Below the pieces are notes generated by a model. That model saw only the letters and a program-made list of their open reading frames with translations. It had not been told where the DNA came from and did not search any database. From contig CM119372.1 in assembly GCA_051294905.1 (NCBI GenBank), positions 5,024,001-5,088,000 on the forward strand: a DNA stretch of 64,000 nucleotides, in the 5' to 3' direction. Origin of the DNA: Botryllus schlosseri (taxonomy: Eukaryota). The position numbers and the translations under genes were made by a program. Shown here piece by piece: positions 53,728 to 64,000 of the stretch (positions are counted from its first letter, which is position 1; every line of letters begins with the position of its first letter).

Positions 53728-55796
53728 CAGTGGTTCCCAAACTTTTTCGGTGTGAGGGCCAAATTTAGAATTTCAGAGTAGGCTACGGTCGGGGCCACAC
53801 GAATACTACGGCTATGAAACGGACCCAAACAGTCATCATGGCTATTTCGGAGTAGTTTTATTGCCCTGGCGAGATTTCAAAACTGTACACTTTTACCGCT
53901 ACTTCTCTGCTGCATTGGGTGTCCGTTGAGTGAATCAGCTTTTCTCGCCTAAACGCGCGAAGCGCGAGAAATTTCTTTAGTTTCATGACTGAATCGGTCA
54001 ATATGATCGGGAATTGCATGTTTTGCTATTAATTTTCATCCTGCCTCTGTTCACGTAATCTGATTTACCGGTAGAGCTGAGTGAGGTGTGTTTGAAAAGG
54101 TATAGACATTAGACACCCTCAATAGTAATTATACATCTCCTGGGGTATACCCGTTGGCAGGAACGTAGCAGCACTTCTTCAAGAACCCCGGGCTCCGATA
54201 GGGTGATAAACTGACCCCGCATCACGTTGTTCGCTTTTGCCACGAAATTCAAGTAGTGCTGTTTAGTGAGACAGCGTGGCGCGCGAATATTTCTATAATT
54301 CATGATAAAATTGGTGAATAAGATCGGGAATTGCATGGTTGTCCGCTTTGCCCACGTGATCAGATTTACCGGTAGAACTGAGTGAGAGGTGTCTTTGAAA
54401 CTACAGACCCCGTAAAATTAAACATCTTCGGGCGGGTGAACCATAGGTATGACTTCTTTACATGATGTTATTTCGTGACCTCCTGTCTATGCTATATCAA
54501 AAAATGTAGAATTGCCCAGACCTACTAAACTGAAAGATCACACGATTTCAGATTGGCATTTCTTCACTGGCATACAATTTTCTTTCCTGCGGGATGGTAT
54601 TTGTCTTGTGAGGTTCAGATTGCCAAGACAAGACCATTCGGCGCCAGTCATTTAGGCGCCTATATCGACAATTAAACCTATCTGTATTTTGTATATATAA
54701 CGAAGTTTTTCGTATTTCGAAGTTTTTGGTCAGCATAAAAGCAGTCCTTTACGGCCAAGGCTTTCTCGCTACCGATCGTTCTGACACACTTCTTGGAGTC
54801 CCATGTTTTATGGCCTTAAACTTTATATGTCTTGGTGCGTTGTGGTGCCGTCATGGCCAACGCTGGTATGCCCATTTCTATAAATCTTGCGTATTATTTT
54901 GGGGGGAAGAGTACCCAATAATCAAGATATGTTGCGAATTGAAATGGCGCATAGCGCGAAATTTTTTTGAAAAAGTTGCATAAATTGTCAAAAAATACTC
55001 TATAATGTATGCTAATTCACGAAATTATTTTTGGCCCCCTTCGAGCTCGGCCCCCCTCAATAGGGGGGTTTGGGGTGCGGCAGTTACGGCCCTGACTAAT
55101 GGACTACCAATTATGCTGCTTTTAGCCGTTTAAGCAGTATGCATCTCGGCGTATTCAGCCGCGAGCCACGTGTTGCACATCTAATTATCATAGGGTAACC
55201 ATACGTCCTCTTTTAAGATGATTTGTCCTTTTTTTTGATTTTTTTTTAAAGTGTCCTCGGAGGACGCCCAAATGTCTTCTATTTTAAGGATTTTGGTTAC
55301 ATGTAGGGCCAAATTCGACTGATATACATTAAGTCAGCACTGTAGGAACGCTACGGCGGCTATTTCGGGAGCTGGACCTTTTTTTCAGTCGACCACCTGT
55401 TAATGTGAAAGAAAAACTGTATTTTCCGAGAAATGAGCCTCTTTTTCTTTTTTATTCAAGCGACCACGAAGTGGGAAAAATTTACCATTTTTTGAGGAGT
55501 TTTCTTCGGTTTTGAAAGTTATCAATACCTCTTTATATCTATAGCTACTGCTCGTTCAACTTGAAAGTTAGGGCACATTGCATTGAAACAGCAGTGACGT
55601 AACGTTAGCAGTCTATACTCGCAACTTTTCTGCAATTCCATAATTGAAAACTACAGAGGCCAAGCCAAGCAAGAGTATTTTATAAATATGAATTTTATTT
55701 TTTGTCATAAATCGATTTCTTAATATATTTTTGGGGCCGCAAGAAGGTTATCTGGGGGCCGCATGCGGCCCTCGGGGCTGCGCTTGGGAATCACTG
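53728..55796. mobile_element. Composite hAT-like element with an internal duplication and nested MITE fragments
   Basis: TIR cagtggttcccaa / ttgggaatcactg; perfect TSD atctttag; internal repeat ~54003-54120 vs ~54320-54410; taggcttacc-type fragment from 55191. Confidence 0.85.
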
Positions 55797-56152
55797 ATCT
55801 TTAGGTTACTTTCTAAAAGCTGCTACCATTGTTTAATTTTTTTCTTTTACTTTTTTAAAACTTTTTACAGCCAGACTGTAAAGAGACAAGTGTACCTGTT
55901 TGATGCGGGTGTGATTAGACTAATTGACCTACAAGCTCGTATCGATCTTTCCTATCTGATACCGAATACTGAACAATGTACAATGTACATGCATATTTTC
56001 TGTATACCACCATCATTGCCGTCTGTTTGTTATGTATTTTGGATGGATGAAAAAATAAAAACTCTCTCTCTCTCACACACACAATAAAAAAATCTCGAGA
56101 TCTATTCAACCCAAGTTCATGAAGTAGTGATTTCCAAGTACATAATCTAGGC

Positions 56153-56390
56153 CAGTGGTTCTCAACCTTTCTTTTGACACGCCCCCCTTTTTGATAGTGA
56201 AAAATTTCGCGCCGCCTTTATCGTCATATCACAAAATCCAAGTGGGATGCTAGCAACCCCAACAGATTGTTTGGTGGTATGGTCGGTTATGAATATTGAT
56301 GAGAGAATAAGAAATATGAAATTGGGTCTATATAGAGAGAAACACGACTGCATTGGAGGTAAATCGCGCCCCCCAGGTTGAGAACCCCTG
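56153..56390. mobile_element. Copy of the 'cagtggttctcaa' MITE family
   Basis: Similar to 16903-17183; TSD atctaggc / ttctaggc. Confidence 0.85.
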
Positions 56391-56902
56391 TTCTAGGCTA
56401 TCTGTCTAGAAAATTGAAAAATGTGAAGTAGAAGTAGCATGAAATCCTAACCATCTGCGTTAGCATAGGTAAACCCACGCTACTTGAATACTTCGAAAAA
56501 GTAAAACTACTAGGGATGGTGTGAACGTGAGGTTCACGTTCGCGTTCTGTGTGTGAACCTCAGAAATTTAGATGTTCACCCTCACAAAGGAACCTTGGTA
56601 GGTTCTGCACTGTGAACCTTTCTCAAGTATTACGATTTTTCACGTCATCATAAACATCTTTTTGGTTTAAATTCTTTGTATTAAACATCGGACCACTATG
56701 TGCAAGGCGCTGGCAGCATAAAAGAATCAACACCAAACGAGCACGCACCTGCACTCAAAAATTGTACTTGTTTTGTTACAAAGGTTTGATAGAAATTTCA
56801 TCTGTTCCCTAGTGAATATTAGCGACTCATTGCTGGGAGCTTGACCGGCAATCACACAACATCAAAAATTAAATGCACTACACTCTACATGTATAGGTAG
56901 TC

Positions 56903-57160
56903 AGCGAGAGAGAGAGAGAGAGAGAGATGATATTCTTTTTCGTTTGCACCATGGAGATGCTTTGACGACGGAGTTGCAATACGGCCGTGTGGTGATAGTC
57001 TGCGCCCCCGTTTTTATCTCCTCCATACTATCCGTGATTGCTGAGCGCCTACCAGGATAGCTGCGGATACCAATTTGCGAGTCTTTGGTATGACCCGGCC
57101 GGAGATCGAACCCACGACCTACCGATCGAGAAGCCGGACGCATAACCATTACACTATTTC
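56903..57160 (-). mobile_element. tRNA-derived SINE with (CT)n tail
   Basis: Minus strand reads tagtgtaatgg (A box), ggttcgatctc (B box), core ccgggtcataccaaagact...ggcgctcagca, and a terminal (ct)n microsatellite. Confidence 0.82.
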
Positions 57161-57867
57161 GTCGAATTATGCTTATTCAACCAATCATTGAAATTGATAT
57201 AATAGTGATTACGCCGGTGTCTAATGTAAAAATTCCAGCAGTTCCATTCCCTTCGAAATTCTCCGAGAATATATCCACCAGAACAGATTCTCGGAGGGGA
57301 GGTAAGTAGGCTACTTTAATATACATTTGAAAAATATAATCACGACAAAAATGTACCGACAAAAAAGACCCGATAAAGAAAGAAAAGAGCAAGAAATAGC
57401 TTCTAAAAAAGGACTGACGAAGAAAGATTAACATCGAAGAGCATTGTGACATCGGGCACTTAGGCCGACGTGGATGCCAGATTAACTGGTCGTTTCGGCA
57501 TCCCCCTGTCTGTTCATTACATCGCATTGTGTGTCTGGTATATCTCATTGTGCTGTGCTGCAGATGAAAATATTATCTGACGATTATTATTCTGACACTC
57601 GTAACCACCAATAAGGATAATTATAGGACTACCACACGTCATCTTTTAGGAGGATTTGTCCTCCTTTGTCAGTAAATCGAAAATGTCCTCCGAGGGAGCC
57701 TAAATATCCTCCTTTTTGGAAATACGTCCTTCTTTATAGATTTGTCAGTCAGGGTAATGGACAGACTGAACTAAAAAACGCCAGAAATGACACAAAATCT
57801 GTAATGCAGACGTTCGAACGGGTCATCCGGGGGCAGGACGGGAAAAAAGACTTTCTTCTAGTCAACC

Positions 57868-58384
57868 TAGGGCTGGGCAAAATCGAGTACCTGAGTGATT
57901 CGATTCTGAATCACGTAAAATGCTTCGAGTCGAGTCGAGTCGAGTATTCGAGTATCACTCATTATGACGTCACAACATAATGTACTATGTCAAAGTTCAA
58001 ATATGTACCTTTTATGCCAGCACGAAGAACATAATGCCTGTTATCCGCCACATTAATGATACTTCGGTATGTTTTCGACCATACAGACTTCATTGCACTT
58101 CTTGACAATGTTGTGGAACGATCATGACTTCGGAAATGTGTTATTTCCAATAATGTTCGTAGCTTTGTACTATGTCTATCATGCTACGACACGGCCAATC
58201 AAGGTTTCAAGGCTTAATCAGTGGAAAATATTATCAAAACTATAATTCTTGTTAGTTCATTAACTTTCAGTTGTGAGCGTACAATTTCAGTACTCGAAAA
58301 AATCGTCTTTTACTACTCGACTCGAATCATTAAAATTTATACTCGATTCAGATTCGAGTACTCGAATCATTGTGCCCAGCCCTA
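57868..58384. mobile_element. MITE family 'tagggctgggca', copy 2 (inverted)
   Basis: Reverse complement of 16255-16769 over its full length; flanks gtcaacc / gtcaacac. Confidence 0.9.
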
Positions 58385-58560
58385 GTCAACACCACAATAG
58401 GATCGTTAAAAAGTGGGTAATTCAGGAGTCGTGATGGTCTTTTTTAGTCAACACAACAAGATTTCCAGTACAAATTTTAGAATCAGCAGTTTTCTGGTCC
58501 GGTAATCTGACTTTCATGATTTGCAAAAATTGTTCTCCTTTCCGGATTACAAAGTATGGT

Positions 58561-58815
58561 AATTGAATAGTATATTCATATTGAAATGAACCCGAGGGCT
58601 GACACTCGTCAGGGGTAATCGTCAGCAACTAGTAGAGAATTGGAAAGAACATTGTATATCAATAACCGTATCACAATGTATACAATGTTCTTTCCAAGTC
58701 TCTACTAGTTGCTGACGATTACCCCTGACGAGTGTCAGCCGAAAATATTCGGGTTCATTTCAATAGGAATATACTATTCAATTGTATATTGAAGTTCTGT
58801 ACCTCCAAGAAGCTC
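58561..58815. mobile_element. Palindromic foldback element; other copies ~635-850, ~8700-9055, ~16208-16897 (split), ~19190-19400, ~26370-27750 (split), ~53615-53670
   Basis: Long near-perfect inverted arms (gctgacactcgtcaggggtaatcgtcagcaactagtagag...ggaaagaacattgtata and its reverse complement) around a short loop. Confidence 0.88.
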
Positions 58816-59890
58816 TTAAAGTATGTTAACCCAAACATTTCACATATGGTACTAGACGTGCTACCACTGATTCTGAGGTATGTTCTTATAATTGACTTCG
58901 AAAATTACCATAATTTGGACTCTAACAATAAATCAGTGATCAATATGCAAAATTCAGCACTGATCGCTTCGTGAGTTGAAATAAATAAATTGTTGTTGTT
59001 CGAATGTATCGAGTCGCGTGCTGGCGCATTTGAGTTGATTATTTTAGTTTCAGGGGATGACTAAAGCATATAGGAGAACCAGCGAAGCGTAGTATCGCAA
59101 AATCCTCAAAGAACGTGCGTATGGAGGCCACATGACATCGCGAAATGTAAATCAAATAAGCCGGTCTCAGAAGATGCGGTTGTTTGCATTAGGAATTCGT
59201 TGGCTCAGGCGATTATGTGTAATATAGGCCCGTATATGTTTGTATTGCCATTTGATTTTGGGATTAGGGATGTTGATTTATATGTATGAACATCTTCTGG
59301 CGTCTGAGTTGTGAAGAAAGAATTAATTAACGATGATATGTACATTATACAGAGCAGTGCTACTGGATTACTAGTTGCGCCGCGGCTGATTTTGCGCGAA
59401 AATTGTGTTAGCAATTGGCCTCTATTTAGCTGGTAACTTTACTACGAAATGTAGAAATTCAATGATCACCCTGTGATCAATAAATCCTTACTTAGCTGAG
59501 GTGCTTGCATTAATCCGTCACATGAGTACTGCGCTGCGAGTAGTGTTATTGAAACGAGAGATGTTTCCGGGAGACTTCGGAAGTGCGGGATACTAAAGGC
59601 GTAAAAAAGATAGCACGATTGAGAGACCAGATTGTAAATATGCTTTGACAATTAACGAGCATGGGAACGGAGGCAACGTTGGTTTTGTACTTTTGTAGTA
59701 AGCTTTGTCGAGTTATGAATGGTGTGAGAGTATATATTGATGGTAGAGAATATATTAATCTCTCTCTATCGGATCCTGCAGAACCATTATTTACTTTCTT
59801 GAGCGGTTGTCCGACCCGTATATAAGTCATGCGCGCGTTGGAATTTTTAGAACCTTACTTTTATTCCGAGTGCCTGGAATCCGCTGAGTT

Positions 59891-62263
59891 ATGGACAGTA
59901 GAGATTGGCTACAGCCGCAGCCTACTACGTCTTGTACCTTATGGCTTCTACTGCAGACAACCGTTATTGTACTTGGATCAAGTTTTCAATTTGGCTATAA
60001 CACCGGTGTCATCAACGCACCGCAGGCCTACATTGAAGGCTTTATTAATGAGAGTTATCGTGACCGGTAAGTTTAAGCACCTCCAGTAAGTTATACTACC
60101 CATGGCCGCTATAATTTGCTACAAATCATCACCATATCATTGGTACGTTATGGCACCATAAAACTTTCTCGTACTGCACCGGTACGTTATTATGTAATAT
60201 AGATTGTCACAATAGATGGGTGACTTCTTCGAATTTTTGTAAAGTCTTCCTGGCTACGCGGATGTGCATATGCTATATAGCTCTATCGTCTCCTTAATAT
60301 AGAGTCTATAATACACATTCTATACAGACATCAATCTATAAGGAGTCTTGGCGATGCAGGCATAGAAAATCGGGCTTCCTCCAAGCTGCCTCGTTTCGCG
60401 TAATGGCATCAATCGTTATATTTGGTGCAACACTTTACGGAGTATTCTTCAACTGTACGTGGCTTTGTCTCTCCCGCGAGTGGAGTGATGTCATAATAAC
60501 TTGGTAAATTGTGATCGGGTTTTGGCAAAATCGATGAGTAACTGGGTGATTCTGTTCGAGTAGGGCTGGGCACAATGATTCGAGTCGAGTAGTAAATGAC
60601 GATTTTTTCGAGTACTGAAATTATAGGCTCCTCGCAACTGTAAGTTAATTTATCAACGGGAATTATAGTTTCGATACCAATTTTCACTGTTGAAGGCTTG
60701 AAACTTTGATTGGCCGTATCGTGGCATACGAAACATATAGTACAAAGCTACGAATGTTACTGGAAATAGCACATTTCCGAAGTCATGATCATCCCACAAC
60801 ATTGTCACCAAGTGCAATGAAATCGGTATGGTCGAAATAATACCTAAGTATCTTTAATGTGATGAATAACAGGCATTATATATTTTGCGGTCGTATAAAA
60901 GGTACACATTTGAACTTTGACATATTGCATACTGTCATGACGTCATAATGAGTGATACTCGATTACTCGACTCGAAGCATATTCCGTGATTCAGAATCGA
61001 ATCACTCAGGTACTCGATTTTGCCCAGCCCTAGTTCCGAGTCGAATATTTCGAATCGAGTACGGCATATTATGACGACATGGCAGTAGTAATGACTTTGA
61101 ATGTTGGTTGCAGTCACAAGGAAGATGATACCAGTGACCATTCGCACATCATTCAAAATAATTTCGATTTGTCGTTTCATGAATATTCGTAGTCTTGTTG
61201 CAACATGGTTGGCGATGCTGAGCTACGTTTTACGGTTTCGGGTATTCAACAGTAGGAATAGAGCATTGAATCTATATTTTTCGCTGACAAGATATTACTC
61301 TTGACTCGAAGGCGTGCGTTTTCGTTACTTGAAAGTAACTACTTTCGCCACACCGCTGGAATCTTTACAATTGATCGGACCCATATGTCCAGCTCGAATT
61401 TTTATGTAGACATTCGAGGATACTGGAGTAAAATAACTATACGCAACGCACTAGTTCTGGTAACAATACGGTTTCGAAATCCACATCAACAAGCGCAAAA
61501 CAATACGGTACAGTACGATAAAAATATCGAAATTACGCAACGAACGATACTTTAGCGTATGTGATCCGTTAATATTAGCAAATTTCCATGATTCCCAGAG
61601 CAGTTATCATTAAGTTTTGTAGCTACATTTCCTATGCTTTCAAGATGTCCTAGGACTTCGCGGTATGATGATCAATTCGACTCATCCGACTTCACCATCA
61701 CATTGCATTACTTCTTAGTCGGATTCTACTGAGGATACGCTATAAATCATATTTCAAGACACTTTGGATTTGATAGTCCACGCGACTTACCCGTCTCATC
61801 TGTTAATTGGTTAACTTTCTTGCGACAGGTTTGGCGAGGTTATAAGTCAATCGTCTCTGACTGTTCTATGGAGCTCGACAGTCGCGATATTCGCCGTCGG
61901 CGGAATGATCGGGTCGCTGGCGGCTGGACCGCTTTCGCAAGTTCTCGGCCGTAAAAGGTCGCTGCTATGCAACAATTTGATCGCCCTCGCGGGCGCATGT
62001 CTGATGGGGTTTTCTAAGCTGGCAAACTCCTATGAGATGCTCATGATCGGTAAGAAGCACATATTCGATAATCACACACTTTGTATGGTTTTGCGGATTT
62101 GTTACATCATCGTCATACAGGGCGCTTTGTGATCGGCGTAGACTGTGGGATCAACACTGTAATCGCGCCAATGTTTTTGACCGAGATATCCCCCGTTCAG
62201 CATCGCGGCATGCTCGGAACGCTTAACCAACTTGGAATAGTATCGTCGATCCTGATATCACAA
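59891..62263 (+). CDS. SLC2A1: Facilitative glucose transporter, class I GLUT-like; 5' part, presumably continuing beyond the window
   Basis: Exons 59891-60066, 61829-62049, 62121-62263; in-frame TGA at 59885-59887 precedes the ATG. Motifs [57 protein letters not shown]...[13 protein letters not shown]. Exact SLC2A1-4 orthology unresolved. Confidence 0.92.
60561..61032. mobile_element. MITE family 'tagggctgggca', copy 3, in GLUT intron
   Basis: Colinear with 16255-16769; flanks gttcgag / gttccgag. Confidence 0.9.
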
Positions 62264-64000
62264 GTAAGAACTCCCTATACATTGTACGCCAGATAATTCA
62301 AATACATTTGGGAGTTTGAGATAAAATATAATTGTATGCCGTGCTAGTGGGCAGTGGGCACTTCCATTCACCATACACAGAAAGTACTTCCTACCTTGCA
62401 AGAGTGTACTTGTACGTTTTATGTGAAGTATACCGCCAAATGTGCACCAAATGTGACGGGGTAATGATATAAATCTCAACAAGTTGCTAGTACTACCACG
62501 GCTTACGTAACTAAGTAGCTATTCAATGAACATTGTTCATGTTTTACTACGTATGGTCAATAATGGAGTAATTTGATTTGGCACAACTATATACGGAACA
62601 TAAAAATAAGGTACTGAAACGCCACGGATATTTCCTTGTTGTTACGTGATTATATGAACTAACGCCGGATGCTTCAACTCATCGACACACGACTTGTTTT
62701 AGTGCTATAGTTGACCGAATTCACGAAGACTATTACTATACCGGCTCGCATATAGTCGCACATCCACGACCTAACCATGACCAGACCAGACACTAACACA
62801 CAACACAGCGCAGATCCTTTTGCGATTGCTGGGTAATGTGTATGTAGTAGTTTAGATTTCAACCACCGACAGCACCCTATGTATTTAACATTCCCGTGAA
62901 CGTGATCAACACAGAATGCGGAGTTAACGGTCACGCGTATCAGATGTGTTCAGAGTGTGACAGGATGCCGTCCCGTGTGCGACGTGTGCGACTGTGCGTG
63001 CATCGAATCAAACGGCTCACAATATTTAAAAGGCACGGCGCGAATCGGGCTGTATTTTTCCGCACTTTGATACGTTACATAACTTTCGGCGTTTCGTAAT
63101 GGTCATCTCTGAACACCTCACTCCAATAGTTATGTAATGAGAATTCCTGGCTGTAAGTCATTGTTGTACAACATCGCAAGGGGTGGTATGTACAAAGCTC
63201 ATCTGCAGCTTAATCTGTGTTTGAGTCGGAGTCCAGAACAACAGATCTTCAGCATCGTCACGGCTATTGCGACGATGTCTAAGTTTAAGTGCAATTTTGG
63301 TAATCGTCATGCGTGCGTAACTGATCCCAGGTGAAATTTATTAGCGCTTGATTTGAAACTCGCCAAGTCACAGTGATGATTGAGAATAATACTTATGCAT
63401 CGCAAAACGTACCACCTGGTGTAATTCTCCAAACCTTATTCGGGACTAGGTTACAGGTATACCGGGAGATGATTAGTGTGGTCACGTGACGGATAGGTTT
63501 TCCATTCGGCCGCTATCGATTAGCTGATGGATTTGTTCAATAAATTTATGTGCATTCCAGTTATTTTGATGCGTCATTTTCCCAGATACCGTGTAGGAGT
63601 TTGGGTCCTCGTTTAGGATATCTGGACAAAGTCTCGGTTTCAACATGCAGGCCAACAACTGTCTTGACAGAATGGCCTAGGCCTTAACTGCGATAGCGTT
63701 AGTGCTATATCTGTAGGATTACCGTATTTTGGAAATCTGAAAAGAGGACACTTTTTCAAAATTTTCAGACTTACAATACTGGACTAAAATCCTGAAAAAA
63801 TGCGAAATTTTTCCGGACTTCGTGGTCGGTTGACTAAAACAAGACAAGGTCATTTTTCTGGCTCAAGTCCCGAAAACCGTTATTTGGCCGCTGATTTCCT
63901 ATATCTCTGCCAATTTCCACGTACATTTGACAAAAATTCTTCAAAAAGAGGACATTTAGCCGTCCTCCGAGGCGGCGGTCTTCCGATAAACTAGATTTCA

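Noticed and set aside
53728..55796. Autonomous transposase in the larger TIR elements
   Set aside because: No long ORF or recognisable transposase motif in this or any other TIR element in the window.
57085..57160. tRNA gene
   Set aside because: A/B boxes are present but no convincing cloverleaf; it continues into a SINE core and a microsatellite tail.

Overview
AT-rich animal genomic DNA with many 55-70 nt GT-AG introns and dense non-autonomous transposons. A chordate invertebrate such as an ascidian is plausible but only inferred. Splicing exons by hand gives eight genes, most of them poorly represented in the ORF track: (1) the 3' part of an RS-domain protein (1-3886, +); (2-5) a tandem array of four divergent 6-exon paralogues encoding ~283-300 aa multi-pass membrane proteins (8255-26028, +), built from an internally duplicated 4-TM unit whose second copy resembles TP53I11/PIG11; (6) endophilin A (34446-42438, +) with two duplicated, apparently mutually exclusive 101-nt BAR-domain exons; (7) an intronless PTPRN/IA-2-type pseudophosphatase with a short ectodomain (50207-52318, -); (8) the 5' part of a class I GLUT/SLC2A transporter (59891-62263, +). 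All six plus-strand genes whose start codon is in the window have a T-rich AG 29-67 nt upstream of the ATG, suggesting SL trans-splicing or 5'UTR introns, and possibly an operon. Introns and spacers hold nested hAT-like MITEs with 8-bp TSDs, a pogo/Tc2-like element, a foldback element, tRNA-derived SINEs and LINE 3' tails. The best candidate for an undescribed system is the four-gene membrane-protein array. All homology calls are from memory; no searches were run.
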